Assembly (NCBI GenBank): GCA_964658305.1
Contig: OZ210885.1
Location: 14,446,001 to 14,510,000 of the forward strand
Reading direction: 5' to 3'
Origin: Leptogorgia sarmentosa
Lineage: Eukaryota
Length of the DNA: 64,000 nt
The position numbers and the translations under genes are program-made. Numbering within the stretch: position 1 is the stretch's first letter; each line of letters opens with the position of its first letter. This document shows positions 12,598-27,013 of the stretch, in pieces. The notes under the pieces are model-generated. The model did no database searches and was not told the origin of the DNA. It saw nothing but the letters and a program-made list of their open reading frames with translations.

Positions 12598-12769
12598 TGT
12601 TACCCTCGGGTATAAATTAGACGAGACACACGATTATTTAGTGACTTTATTGAGAAAAAAACTACCTTTCGTCAAAAATATGAAAACCACGATCTCTTTT
12701 TAATTCGGCTCCTGTAGCCTTATGGGCCTCGTTTGGCACAGGGTGCCCTAGTAATTTATGCGGGTTACA
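12598..12769 (-). repeat. 5' LTR of the Gypsy element (172 bp)
   Basis: Bounded by TGTTACCC...GGGTTACA and directly adjacent to the PBS. Confidence 0.75.
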
Positions 12770-12936
12770 TAAAGTTGGTAAACGCAAATACCATTGAGTT
12801 CACTATGTCATAGGCAAAATGGGTTTTCGGCTCTCTGAAACGCTTTATCGAAAGCAGTACTGCATTGGTTCCGGAGAATGGCGAAAATACTCATGCAATG
12901 GAATAGAGATAGCTGTGATACAAGATATCGATCAAA

Positions 12937-13330
12937 TTGGAGAAACTTCAATCTCTGTCAATTCAGTTATTACTTAAATTTCTGGAAATAGAAAATGAAA
13001 ACACCTGTCCAGAAGGTGCCGCAAACTATATCGCTGCAACATTTTGGAGAACAGGCATGGAGGAGATAGCTGGATTACATGATCCATTTCTCACCCTGGA
13101 TGTCCAGTTTTATGGAGAGGTAAAACAGTCTTAATTTAGCGTTTACTTTTGGTATTTCTATACTGATTTTAGCCATATATTTGACTAGCAAGGCCAAGAC
13201 TATGGGGGTCCTCGAAAGGAATTTTTTCGCCTTATCTTTTCTTGAAGTGAAAGAAAAGTATTTTTGTAACGGGCTCTTGATAATGCAGAATGATATACAA
13301 CAGATATGTTACTGTTGGAATAATAATGGG
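12937..13330 (+). pseudogene. Spliced HECT E3 ligase-like fragment
   Basis: TLDVQFYGE|gtaaaa, then tag|QGQDYGGPRKEFF, matching the HECT N-lobe F.GE.G.D.GGP.REFF motif. Degenerates afterwards. Confidence 0.65.
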
Positions 13331-14163
13331 TATACAATTTTAATATTTATTATTTTAATGCTATACAATATAATGCTTAAAAAAGGGCTAGGGACCTTAA
13401 TGAAACCCTTTCATGCTTTTTGGTAAGAGGTCCCTACTTAAGCTGTCCTTAATCCTTAAGACGAAAAGTTTAGATTTTCCTATATATGAAGGCTCTGTGT
13501 TTTCTGATGCGTAATTGCGTATATACAAACATTATGACAATCAAGTATATTCCAAAAAGAATATCTTTGATTTTATTTTAGAAGTAAAATAAGACCTAAT
13601 ATTGCTTATTTTTTCATCAAGAGAGTTCCATGGTCAGTGGTGACCTTATACGCACACATCTGCATCTGCTGTACATTCACGGCCATGGTGATATAAATTT
13701 CTATTGGCATATTCACAAAATAAACCAGTCCCAAACCATAAATCTGACCCTAACCTTTGGTTATGGTTTGGGACTAGTGGTTAGGAAACAGTCAAGCAAT
13801 GTATCTGCTTTATTATTTTTGGTGCAAACAAGCATCACAGGCAACCGGCTGAAACCGTCAATACCACCAACAATTACAAAATTCCATCTCACTAACTTGT
13901 GATTGGTATCAACATGCCATAAATATTTAGGGCCTTTCACATTGTATACTCAGGGTTGTAACCTATTTTTTTTCTGTCAGCCACGCCCTGTCCATCAACT
14001 TGGTAAATTGAATCACACATGCACGATCGCTGGACTTTGATACCTTTGCCAAGTTAAAGCTGTTTAATCATGTTTTCTCCACAAAAAGGAAAGTCCTTGA
14101 CAATTGTACTCACATTGTTGTCCAACCGTTGATCAGTTATTTCCAAAAAGTCAAGTTTGCTAA

Positions 14164-16571
14164 GGCCCGTTTCAGACGACGAATTTAATTCAGACGAATT
14201 TAATTAAGCACAGTTTGGCGCATCATGGCGCGCTCTTCAGACAAATCAATTCAAAGTCATATTGCAGTTATAATCGATAAAATAAGGAAAGAGAGACAAA
14301 GACAAAGGCGAATCTGTCGAGCTGTTCTGATTTTGTTTATTGTCAGATTAAAGCTTCCAATTTTTATACGTTCGACATTATCTTTGTTGCCAAACCTCTG
14401 TCAGAGGAAGACGGTGAACCGTTCTTGTCGCCGCCTGTTGCAAAATGAAGGATGGTGGCACTTGATTTACCATGGCAGCGATGATAGGTTTAAAAGAACG
14501 TTCCGGGTGACTTGAGAAACATTTAACAATATTTTAAACAGCATTCGCCAAGACATTGAGAAGGATATTATTGCGGAATTACCAATAACGCCCGAATGTA
14601 GACTGGCAATTGGTTTGTATAGATTAGGAAGAGGAGATTACCTTTATACTATTTCCGAATTGTTTGGAATAGGACTTTCAACTGTACAAAACATTGTATT
14701 AGAAGTATCTCAGGCAATAGTAAAAAACTTATGGAAATCAGCAGTGATGGACCTTTTTCCCTCTAATACAGATCAGGTTACTACCAAAATCATTGACATG
14801 GAACAGTTGTGGCAGTTCCCATGTGCATGGGCGGCTGTTGACGGTTGTCATTCACCAATAGTATGCCCTGCTGGTGGACCAGAAGCCAGGAAAGAGTACC
14901 ACAATTTTAAGAACTTTTACTCAATTGTCATGATGGCAATTGTAGATGCAAAGGATCGATTCGTCTGGGTGAGCATTGGTTTCCGAGGAAATTCCCATGA
15001 TTCAGTCATTTTGCAGTACACACAGTTATGGACAGATATAACTGAAAAGAATATCATACCTTCCATTGGGGAAAAAGTTGATGATGTTATTGTGAATCCA
15101 TTGATTCTTGGTGACTCAGCTTTTCCATTTCGCATTTGGCTATTAAAGCCATACGGTCATGATACACTCAGCCCTAAAGAGAGCAATTTTAACCATCGCC
15201 TCAGCAGGGCCAGAATGGTCTCTGAAAGAGCAGGTGGAGAATTTTACACCGTAAATCAGAATGCGACCCTGAAAGTGTGAAGCAAATTGCACTTGCATGT
15301 GTTGTCCTTCACAATCTTTGTATTGCAAATGGTAATAACCTTCCTCAGCATCTTGATCTTCTTGGAAATTGTCCAGGAAATCAAAGAGATAGAGAAAAAG
15401 TGAGAAAGCTATTACAAATGAGGAGCTGTGCAAGAATTAGAGATTCCTCCAAAACAGCTGAAGTCATTAGAGCTGCACTTGCAGAAAAACTTTGGAAAGA
15501 AAAACTGGGAGAAGGAGTATTGTGAAACTGTTTGAAAAGAAATTATACACACTAAAACAACATTGCCATTTGAAGGGCATTATAGTTTTGAACTAAAGAT
15601 TTTGAAGTTATTTTATATTTTGTTAGGCTGGTGGTTTCAATATTGCCAGACGTACATGGAGGAGGTGCAATATAGTAGCACTCTCCTTTGACAAGACAAA
15701 ACTTTGATGTTAACATTAATAAAGCTTGTCTTGATAAGTGGAATTGTCTGTTATTTAACAGAATAAAGCAATAAGGTAGTACAGATAAGGGCACATTGCC
15801 ATGAGAATTTAGCTTAGGAAGGAAAGAGTGGCACCACATAATAGTTATATTGAGATCATTTCATTTGAGGAAACTCAGTGGAATCAAACAGTAAACTCAA
15901 TTCAAAAAGAATAATAAATTTACACACAACTCAGTTTAGTTTAATTGAATATCAAAAGCTAAATTATATGAATAAGCAGTTTCAACTGTCTAAAAATACT
16001 ATTATACACTACATGACAATATAAAAAATGTCACTTGTATCAAAAGTAATATCAACAGAAACAACCAATGTACGAGCATCTACATGCTAATATGTTTATC
16101 TTCATACAATATGTAACTATGTGTTTTTAGATCCTGAGGTACTTTGAGATGTAAAAGAGTTAGGTTCTTGATAGGTTGGTTGCTCATATACAGGAGGATA
16201 AGGTGGGTGAGTACTTGTACTTGAAGGGGAAGATTGGCTAGTTGCAGTCTGTGCAGGACATGGCAGGTGTGACTGTTGTAAGGGGTACATACTTAAAGAG
16301 TGGGGTTGAAAAAATGGAATGTGTGGTTGTTGTGGGCTGTAGATATTTGGGGAATTAAGGTGAGGAAATTGCATGTGTGATTGTTGAGGAGAGTTGATAG
16401 TTGGACCATCAGGTTGAGAAAATTGAATGTGTGGTTGCTGTGGTGCACCTGCATTATACAGCATGACGGATACAAGGTCTTGGACAAATTTAATTGATCT
16501 GACGAATTTAATTTGTTTAATTAAATTCGTCTGAGTTAAATTCGACGATAGGGCAACGTCTGAAACAGGCC
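14164..16571 (+). mobile_element. PIF/Harbinger transposon 1, defective
   Basis: TIRs GGCCCGTTTCAGACG / CGTCTGAAACAGGCC, TAA TSD. Only a Q/P-rich tail of the probable partner gene remains at 16117-16460 (-). Confidence 0.9.
14225..15525 (+). pseudogene. Harbinger DDE transposase with stops and frameshifts
   Basis: AVDGCH, GNSHDS, LGDSAFP, LSRARMVSERA, ACVVLHNLC spread over broken ORFs. Confidence 0.88.
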
Positions 16572-17748
16572 TAAGACCAGAGCTCCTCATATGATGGTAA
16601 ATTGTTGATTGTGGCTATATTTCACTTATAAGAAAGTCTTCATCGAGAAAGCTTTCTAAGATTTTACTCGATGTATTCATTCCTAATTGATGAAATTCGT
16701 ATAAAGACAGCATGCGTACTATATCAGGTGTGACTCTCTGGCTTGAGAATCGTTGGGTCAGCGAACCAAGGCCATGTTTCTTCAAAATGCTTTTCATTTC
16801 AGATTGAAAATCCGGATCCATTGTGTATAATTACATTCTGATTCACTTCATATACCACTGTAAAAGGTTTGTGCCAGATATTTATTCAAGTGCATAAGTA
16901 CGAGAAATGGCTGCCTTATATACAATGTTACTTGCATAAATTACATATTGTAGCATATATTATTACATCTCTTTTTTTTTGTGAAGGGGGCTTATTATTT
17001 TGTGAATGGGGCTTATGATTCCAGTTTCCAAGAGCTCGTCTCTATAGCCGCAAAAATCACTTCGGCCCTAAATTTTTTGGAAAAGGAAGGCGTTATTCAG
17101 AACACGTAGGTGTTCAATCAAGATGGCGGCTATGTATGAGCTCCCGAAGCGATTGATATATTTTTTGGTCTTGCTGATTGTTTGTGTGTCATTCTATCCC
17201 GCAAAAGATGGTTATGTGGATAAGAGGTCGCATCCATGGAATATTGGTATTAGCGTTGCTTTAAACCTTACTAAATTCGAGATTGTTGATGCCCCCATGA
17301 GACCAACCAAAACCAACTTTGCGAAGTCAGCTGTGCCTTTCGATGTAAAGTTCGTAAGATCGATCAAACTTGTCACCCAGTTTGCTGTTGTTAATGTTCT
17401 TATTATCTGTAATGATATTGACTTAAACCCTGGCCCTGCGAATGAGACATTGGTCTGCACTGCGTGTTTAAAACCTATAGGCAAAAATCAATCGCGGGCG
17501 GAATCTTTAAGATGTAAATCAGTAAATCATTTGAAATGTCTTGAATCGGGTTTTGATATAAACCGAACTTGCAAGCAATGTTTCGTAGGAATGAATGGCA
17601 ATACTAGACAGGTTCAGATTTGACTTCCACTACCGCTACCAAAGACGGCTTGATTGGTAGCGGTCGCGACCGACTGTTTGCATCGGTTCAGATTAGACTT
17701 CCATTTGCGAATACTTTCCGGGGATTTGCGACGTTTGATAAAAACAAG

Positions 17749-19043
17749 ATGGCGGCTTTAAGAGGGTGCGATGAACAACTACTGTTTTTAGCGGACGAAG
17801 AAGGGGATATGGAAGATGATGAAATGCTCGGGTTTTTCCTGTATTTCACAGAAGGCTTGAACCCAATACCTCACCGTAATTATTCGCAGTTTAACTAGAC
17901 AACTACACCGATAAAGAGTGTGTACTCAATTTCCGATTCACGAAGGCCAACGTTATTCACTTGGCAAATGCGCTGCGGTTACCCAACCGTTTTGTGTGCA
18001 GGAATGGCACTGTCGCTGACAAATTTGAAGGATTATGCATGCTGCTACGTCGACTGGCCTATCCCAATCGTTTGAGTGATTTGGTGCAAATGTTTGGTCG
18101 GTCCAAATCCGAGTTGAGTATGATAATCAACAATGCTGTTGATTTTGTATTCAACCAGCATCATTCGCTGTTAAATAACATGGATGTACCTTGGCTGGTC
18201 CTAGAGAGGTTGAAGGAAATGGCAAGAGCTGTTCACGAGAAAGGGGCAGCCGTTGATAATGTATGGGGATTCGTTGATGGCACGGTAAAGTAGTTTACTA
18301 TTACTATATTGTGTGGTATGATTATACTGACAAGTAGATCATAATAAATTCAGGAGAAATGTTATAAATACGGTACTCCATAAAAAAACGGTCATAAAAG
18401 GGTACATTCCTTAAAATGGCAGGCTGTAAATGCAGCAATGGGATTAATTGTTCATCTGTATGGCCCTGTAGGTGAGTAATGAAGTCAAAGACACGTGACT
18501 TTGATCATGAGAACATAGAACATTTAGTGAATTATGCACAATTATATATGATACAAGTAAAAAGCAATATTAATAGAATAGTAAAATATTCTTACAATTT
18601 GTACGTATGAATTTTTTCCAGAAGGCAAACGTCATGATGTGGCAATGCTGATGATGTCAGGCTTGTACCCCCAACTGGAAATGTATTCCCATGATGGTAA
18701 TGGTTACCCTCTAGCCATATATGGTGATCCAGCATATCCTCATAGGATTCATCTGCAGAGCCCATATAAAGGGGTAAACCTAACCGATGCCCAGAAACAA
18801 CTTAATCGCTCCATGAGTGCTGTCAGAGTGTGTGTGGAGTGGCCATTTGGAGAAATCGTGAAGTATTTTGCTTTTAATGATTTCAAGAAAAATCTTAAAA
18901 TTGGTCTACAGTCAGTTGCAAAGAATTATGCAGTTTCCTGCTTGATTTATAATGCTAAAGTATGCCTCCAGGGTTGTAATACAGCAAGTTACTATGGACT
19001 GATTCCCCCAACTATAGATGAATACTTTAGTCAATCCATGTAA
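17749..19043 (+). pseudogene. Spliced Harbinger transposase, frameshifted
   Basis: LRRLAYPNRLSD, GFVDGT|gt, ag|EGKRHD, YGDPAYP, VRVCVEW. Frameshift near 17895. Confidence 0.85.
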
Positions 19044-21216
19044 ATTATGTTGTTAAAAAAGGTCATACACAATGCCATAGGTTTGGGACTGGGATGCTAC
19101 CTATGCCAAACCTACACCCCCCCCCCCCCCCCCCTTGCCTGTATAAGGCATTATATGGATATTAAGCAGTGTTGCCGATCTTGGGATTTTCTTTAGGATG
19201 TTGGGATTTTCTTGGGATTTTTATTTTAAAAATAGACCTTGGGATTTTTCTTGGGATTTTTCAGAATTCCAGGACAACATTAAAAAGCTTTTCGTATTTC
19301 TCATTTGTCTTATATATTATACAGTAAATCATGTGATATTTACTCGTGCATCAGGTGACAGGTCGTTTCTGCACTTGTCAGGTATTTGTACAAGATGAAG
19401 TATTTCATACACAGCGGGCTCAATTATAAAATTGATTGACAATTTGAGAATTTGAGTCAAAATATTTTTTCACTGCACTCATGTTTTGCAAAAATAATTA
19501 AAACAAGATGTCGAAGCAAACGGAAACAAAAAAGCTATGGTACGCACAAAAGTTCAATACTTCCTGGAAAAACGACAAGCAATTTAAAGGTAGAAGTAAA
19601 GTGTTAAGAGGGAATGTCCACTATGACCGAGCCAAACTGAAAACATGTGGCACATGATGAAAAATCAAATTTCTTCATATTTTGTCCACAGATACCCTAA
19701 CAAGTCCTGAGAATCGTTGTGGTATTTTTTTTCTCGGGGATTAATTTTAAATCCCCAAATTAACGATTTTCTCCAACCACCCCACAAAAGTGGCAAAGCG
19801 CGTAAATTTCAACCGAAAAATCGCAGCTAAAATCGACCAAATTTCCACTTTGCATAAGCTCAAATCACAAAACTAACTTCATAACGTTCTTCCCGAAGTT
19901 CAAACAAGTAATTTGAGCCTGAAGATTACTTCTTTACTCAAATATTTTGGCCGCCAGAAGTCGTTAAATACAACCCAAATTTCGCTTGCAGATATGTTTA
20001 CATTTTTCTAAAGGGAATAAATCGTTCCGGGCAAATAAAAAATCAGCCAAAATACATTTTTCCTAAAAGTAGAAACACTGCTCTAAACAGTGATATCAAA
20101 ATTATTGCGTGGCTCTTTGAAAACACAAAGAAACGGGGCTCTCAAAAATGACAATATCCTGTTACTAATCGGCCTTCATCTGTCAACAAGCGTCACACTA
20201 ACACTCACTTTTATAAGCCAGAAAGAAATAAAAAGTCGTGTAAAAACTACAGTGTTTCCATGTAAAATACCACATGGTGTACCACACCAACTTTTATGGT
20301 CAAACATTTATCAGATTTCACTCTTAAAAGCGCATTTGCCGTCCCAGTTATGGGTATATAAAGTCAGCGACAATTATAGACCGCTTGAACTTGAGGTGAA
20401 CTTGAGGTGAACTTGAACTTGAGGTGTACGGCCAGGCTACGCAGGCTAGTACAAAGTCAACATGGTCGACTCACTGAGTGGGTCGACTAGTATGGAGGAT
20501 AAGTGCTTTTTTTCGAAGTTAGTAGGACGCCCGTGTGGACTTGATACCAAGTATCCTCGTAATACAGACATCATACAATTATCCTTTTGCAAAAGAGATG
20601 TTGGCGCACACATAAGCAAATTTGGCATACCGGATATCTCCACGGAGGTCGAGCTAATTTTATCTCGAGCGTCGATATACTCAAAGCCAGCAACATTTGC
20701 TGAGCTCACAATTTGCCCATTGCATCGATGCCATTTGGGGACTGGTTGGCGAAGAGGAGCAGATCGATGTCGTGTTCCAGATGGGCTTGCGAAGCACAAG
20801 CAGAAGCGCAGCGCTAGACGCGGTATCGGAAAACGAGAGTCGAAGTTTATACTTCGTTCTACTGGAATATTCGTAGCCGTTGGCTCATGGTAGGTTTAAA
20901 CTTGGGAATTATCTAGTCCTAGCTTCTTTCAGTTCAAAGACTATGTTTTACTTTATTATCTTTTCATATATGCACAATACTCTATTTTACTGATTATTCA
21001 TTGAATCTCAACATGACTATAAAAAATATAGTATGTGTTCTCTATAAAAAGAGAATACACTCTTTGAGCTAGCAGGGTAATTCAAGATAGTAAGGTACGA
21101 GTTAGCGAGGACTGACACCGAAATGTTATATAATGCTGCCTTTAAAAGTGTTACAATGAAAGTGCGCGTGCACACTGTTTTCCTCTAATTCTTTGGCTTA
21201 TGCACCACAACTTTAA

Positions 21217-22599
21217 AGTGTTACTGCAACGAATTTTTCGACCTCGTTTTTTTTTCCTTAAATAAATATTCAGGTCGAAAGATGAAATTTGGTGTATAGA
21301 TGACTTTTGTATGTTCAGTGGAAGTAACTAAATTTCGCCTCCAAACTTCGATACCGGATGCGACAAAAACAGCCACCATTTTGTCACCTTGTGACGTCAC
21401 AAGTGTAACACGTTTAGCGAAGCTACTAGTAAATTGTATTGCGTTAGAGCTATACTCTGTGTTTCTCGCGCTTTTTTGGCCGGAAAAAAATATCTTTTGA
21501 AACAAAACTTGACCATAGGCATTTTAAGACAATATATTTTGCTCATGTCGAGTAACGAGTCTGGCGGAGACCCGCAATCGTGTGAAAGTTCAAGTGAAAC
21601 TGCATGACCCGGTGTCGGATGGCTGGTTAGTTCATGTCACATCGCACTGCTTTGCGTACGACGACGAACCTATAGCAGAACCTGGGGAAACGAATTGTGT
21701 TCCAGAGGATCCAGATGGATTGTTGCCAGCAACTATTGAACAAAGAAGCGACGGTAGAATAACTCTGGAACAGTGATAAGTGAAGGTTCAAGACTGTTTA
21801 GACTTTAGCCTAATTAAAATAGCCGACGTAGGCTAAATTTGAATGTATATTTTATTGCTTTTATTTAATATTCATCTGTAATGATATATTGTTAATTTTG
21901 GTATCAATATATTGATATCAGTATAATTATTGATTCCACATTGCCGTCTCAATATCTCAGAACAAGTGTGTACGTAAAAGAGCCCAATTTTATAGGCCCT
22001 TTCTTTTGGGCTTCCTTGCCTTCTATTTATTAAATTTGTAAATACTTAAGCTGTGGCAGAATAAATTGATTTGATTTGATAAGGAAACTAGTCACAATTC
22101 ATAGCAAGTTAATATTTAGCGATTTTGCTAACTCTAGATTCATATCATAGAACGAATCTTCGAAGTGAAGGCACGAGGTCGCCGTAACGTCAAAACCCGG
22201 GTTATGTTTACAGACAAATTTCACGCACTTATTCCGTCTCTGAGCATCTGTTTCTTCATTAGGGAATAGATGCATAGATACTCCTTCAGTTTTGCTATCA
22301 TTGACCCAGCTAACTAAGTTAGGACCGCCAGCAACGCAAAGTTTTCCTCCGCGAGTAGCTTTACGTCTATTAGAAATATACGCCATGTTGACAATGTGTT
22401 ACACTTGTGACGTCACACGGCATTAATATGGTGGTCGAAAATGTCGCACGGAAGTAGCCAAAAATCGCAACTTTGAAAGGCCATAAAATCCGTTTGAAAA
22501 GAGCAATTTTAATTCTGTTTGCGGTAAACATATTCGGAGAGTAAGTACTTTAAAATAAGCCAATAAAAAAGGGGTCGAAAAATTCGTTGCAGTAACACT
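21217..22599. mobile_element. Internally deleted Kolobok-like transposon in Sola3 intron 1
   Basis: TIR AGTGTTACTGCAACGAATTTTTCGACC, TTAA TSD; THAP-like fragment 22099-22386 (-) converging on an acidic second-gene fragment 21545-21776 (+). Confidence 0.8.
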
Positions 22600-22928
22600 T
22601 TAATTCTCATATTTCATGTAAGAGTTCATTATAAGGATTATCACAAATATCATTGTTTTGTCTGTTGAACAGGAATTTGCCGAGACTGCATCGAGGTTAC
22701 TCATGCAGCTATCCCACCTAACACCCAGAGTGATACAAGTATGACGACGCCTCCAACCACACCCACCGTGGAACCAGTCGACGACATCACTAGAGACTTA
22801 ACAAATATATCATTGGTAAGTTTCGATGCTAAAACGTTATCTACAATTACTGTATTTACTGATTATACTCAATCAAAGTCTAGGCGCAGTAGAGCACAAT
22901 CCAAAAGTTACTGTGGGCGTAGAGGTAC

Positions 22929-23208
22929 AGGGGCGGATTTAGTGGGGTGTCTTGCGATGCACGGGACACCCCTCTTTATTTCATTGATATATGTCGAAAA
23001 AATATAGATAAACTATATTTTCTCTTCCTGAAATACTGTACCGATAGAAGACGGAAAACATTCTGAAAACGACGCATACGAGTCTTTTATCGCTTGGGAG
23101 CCCTGTGATTGTTTTCGCACCATACACATTGGCGGGAAAATTCCCCACCAAAAATGCAAGCGGCATTACATTAGGACACCCCCTTGAATTATTTCTGGAC
23201 CGCCCCTG
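22929..23208. mobile_element. Small hAT-like MITE
   Basis: CAGGGGCGG...CCGCCCCTG ends; no clean TSD found. Confidence 0.45.
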
Positions 23209-25381
23209 GGGTGTGTGGGGAGTTGCTGGCGCAGGTCCAAGAATCTCTATCAAATAGAAGTATAAAGGTGAGTGTCCTCCCGAAACTTTCTACATTGCTC
23301 ATGAATATAAACAAAACCTTTCTTGTATCTAGGGAGTACTTCCGCCGATTCCTGAAACACCTGGTTATGTACCAAGGCTTAGCGATGCGTCAAGCGACGA
23401 AGAAGATATGGAAGATGTCAATCAAGTCAAATCCAACCTGAAAACTCTTAACACATATTTAGAATCAAGAGATGTGAGTCCTGTAAGGGCACAACTGCGA
23501 ACACCTTGGGAAAATGCCAGTGGGCGGACGAAGCGATACTACGCAAGAAAAGCAGGCCAGGCGGTTGCCTCTGTAGTCCGTGACATAAGCCCAAATGAGG
23601 CCGGCACTTTGTTTCGCGAGGTCACGTCTTCGCAGATCCTTCAACGTCAGCTCTCGTCAAGTGATGAAGACTTCGAAAACGAGAATGTAGACGAGACGCT
23701 CATGGCATCGCTCTCTGAGTGTTACAGGGCTGCACCTAGCTGGAGCACGCGACGCCAAATCCTCAGTATAATGGCCGACAAGTTGCGCTTCAAGAGGTTG
23801 CAACAATATATACCTGATATCACCAAATTTAAGTACACTGAGGCAAAACGCCACTGTCTTCTTTATGGCCGGGGGGTACCAGTGCCACAAGCAAAGGTCA
23901 TAAGACAGGACTTTTCAATCCCTCAAATTGAACACTTCATCACGTTTATAACAAGTCCGCACGTAGTCCAAGACTTCCCTTTTGGCGAGCAGACGATATA
24001 CTTGAGCAATAACGACGCAATCAAGATCCCCAACGTCATAAGGACATTGATCCCCGAACGAATAGTGAGACAATACCTTGCGTTTTGTGAGGAGTTTAAA
24101 GGTGCTTCGAATTTTAAAGGTGTGCACAGCTTCCACGCGTAAATCGCTGCAGGGTCTCGATTATGTGAGCTCAATTGGTGCAGAGGGGTTTGATGACCTA
24201 TTAGGAGTCGTGGAACAACTGACAGATGGTGGTCATGAAGATATGGACTGGGGCAAGAATACCCAGGAGAGGCTTCGTACTTCTAAACGCTACCTGAAAA
24301 GTGATTACAAGGTAAGATATTTTGGTGTCTCGAATGTAAATCAAATTGTCATCAAAAGGCTTTACAAGTACATTATTTTTTCGCGACGTTTGTTTGCACT
24401 GTTGCCCTTTTTATATTCCTATTTTCGAATTGGTTGTCGGAGGGAATCTGAGGGTAATTCGGACCCGACTGCTTATCTATAACAAAACAGACAGACAGAA
24501 GATTTTATTTGGTGCATTGCATCGGGGTACAACAATAGTAAGAATTTACCAGTTAATTTCGCCACTGCCCGTCGCCTATTAGCGTTACAGCCCTGAAAAA
24601 GAGCTTCTAATCTTACCTCGTGCATGTCAACTGAAAAGTCTTCCTTAAATTCCAGGTGCACGTTTCAGAGACCTCTACAGTGGCCGATCACTGCAGAAGG
24701 TTTGCTCTTAGTGATCCTAAGGTTGCAGCATTCCGAATTGATTGCGATCATGAACACGACCATCAGTGTGACCGTTGCGAAGAGATCATGTCGGTACTTG
24801 ATCATATAGATGGCGCTCTTGAAAAACAGAGAGGTTGCATATCCGAAGACAAATTCGAAGAACTTCGATTTGTCGTGAACCAATCCAAATCAAGTATCAT
24901 GTCTTGGAAGGCCCATATCCTGCGGTCCATGCATCAAGATACCGCCAGAACAGACATCCTAGCATCCCTCGACGAGTTTACTATATTTGTGATCCAGGAT
25001 TGGGCCATGAAATACCTGCCAAGGAAATATCGTGAGAGTCAAACCGACTGGTTTGGTAAGCGCGGCATTCCTTGGCACCTCAGTGTGGCCTTCAGAAAGG
25101 TTGATGAAAAACTCGAAATTATGACTTTCTGTCACATATTCAAAAACGTAACCCAGGAAAGCGAAGCAGTGGTTGCTGTCATGGAGGATGTTGTCGAAAT
25201 GCTAAAGAAGGCCGTGCCTTCCTTCTCGACGGTATATTAGAGAGTTTGGCAACGCGACGGGAAGTGACGACGGCGACGGCTAAGACCGAGTTGGGACTAG
25301 GGAGAGAGTGCGTTTCGAGAAACGTCGCCGTCGCGCCGGGAATCTGTTTGGCGGCAAAATTTAAAACCTAACAAAATCAAA

Positions 25382-26624
25382 ATGGATGACGTTCTTGACA
25401 CTCTCCTTTTTTCCTACGACGATGGTTTAATATCACAAGAGGAGCTATTATTACTCCAAGACTACTTATTTTTGTCGACGAATCGGCACTCAAATTTTCC
25501 CCATCGCGAGTACAACCCGTTTGAGTGGGAAAATGTTGACGAATGTACATGCAAAGTCGAGTTTCGGTTTGACAAACAAGACATACTGCTATTGAAAGAC
25601 GTACTTGAGTTTCCGGAGATAGTTTCCATTCCTCATGCAACAGATTGTTCTGGGTTGGAGGCTTTGTGCGTATTGCTGAAGCGATTTGCCTACCCAGTGC
25701 GATATTGTGATATGGTTCCGATGTTTGGCCGATCTGTGCCTGAACTTTGCAAGATAACCCAGTATGCTATCAATCATGTTTACAACAACCATGGTTTTAG
25801 ACTACGCAGTTGGAATCAACCATTTCTATCACCTCAAGATCTGGCTTCCTATGCAAATGCGATTCATTCCAAAGGTTCCCCCCTCCTAACATGCTTTGGC
25901 TTCATTGATGGAACAGTTCGACCAATTTGCAGACCCAGTATCAACCAGAGAATTGTTTACAATGGTCATAAACGTTTACATGCCATTAAATTCCAAAGTG
26001 TTTGCATTCCAAATGGTTTGATAGCAAACTTGTCTGGACCATGGGGTAAGTGTTCTGCATATAATCGACTATTGTCTTCCCAACAATTTTAAATTAAGAA
26101 CAAATTTTTATCAAACAACCACCTCCAATATCCCTCTCCATGAGATTTTTCAAAATATTTATTATGATTATATATCTTAATTTGTTTCTCCTATAGAGGG
26201 GCGAATGCATGATGCAAGGATATTGGGTGAGTCAGGTTTGATGGAAGACCTCAACCAGTATGCCTTTGCCCCTGACGGCACTCCACTATGTCTATATGGT
26301 GACCCAGCCTATCCATTAAGGGTCCACCTTCAGCAACCATTCCGGAATAATGGTGAGTTAACAGAATATATGAAGCAATATAACAAAGCAATGAGCAGTG
26401 TGCGGGTCAGCGTTGAATGGTTGTTTGGAGAAATAACCAAGTATTTCAAGTTTGTGGATTTTAAGCAGCAACTTAAAATAAGGTTAAGTCCAATTGGAAA
26501 GATTTACATTGTATCTGCAATATTGCAAAACAGTCTAGCTTGCTTGTATGGTAACATAGTGTCAGAATATTTTGAAATTGATCCACCAGCACTGGAAAAC
26601 TATTTCTGGAGAGTTGGTGTATAG
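25382..26624 (+). CDS. Harbinger DDE transposase: exons 25382-26045 and 26197-26624, 363 aa
   Basis: GFIDGT, EGRMHDA across a phase-1 GT-AG intron, YGDPAYP, VRVSVEW; no stops. Confidence 0.9.
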
Positions 26625-27013
26625 TGTTCTCAATTAAAAGTGCAGCAGGACTATTTAATTAAGTAAAGTAAAGTAACTATGAGTAAAGATAATTCATTTA
26701 CACTAGTGTTATGTTATATGTATTAAGTATTCCAAACAAATACTTGCCAAACTGTATGTAATTATTTCAACAGAAAAAGAATAAACATGGAACATTTTCA
26801 ACCAACAGTTTTTGTTTTAATGAACATATAATAAACTTTACACTGTATAACACACAATATCAAATGTTCATTTGTTTTGATACAGCTCTTTCGTACAGTC
26901 CATAAAAAATGTATGTCTGCAACTGACACTGTAACTAAACTCATACAAAGGCCAGTGCTTAAATCAATCACAAACGCAAACAAATATGTACTCACAGTTC
27001 TAGTCGAACCTCG

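Larger units (their letters stand above)
1750..12769 (-). mobile_element. Degenerate Ty3/Gypsy LTR retrotransposon, 3' end lost, split by the YR element at 4990-11526
   Basis: 5' LTR and PBS at the right end; gag pieces at 11527-12500 and 4529-4989; protease WDTGAQVS (3978-4376); RT with YIDDII (2477-3416); RNase H LYTDAS (2150-2528); integrase remnants. Multiple frameshifts. Confidence 0.92.
13780..16821 (-). pseudogene. Integrase-core (IS3/IS481-like eukaryotic DDE) gene remnant, split by a Harbinger
   Basis: SAM-like and HTH-like N-terminus at 16575-16821. 14160-13780 reads YNVKGPKYLWHVDTNHKLVRWNFVIVGGIDGFSR. Frame is continuous across the TAA TSD (MRSSGLSKLDF). Confidence 0.75.

Noticed and set aside
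25382..26624. Domesticated host HARBI1 gene
   Set aside because: Enclosed by TIRs and a TSD with its partner gene, so a transposon.
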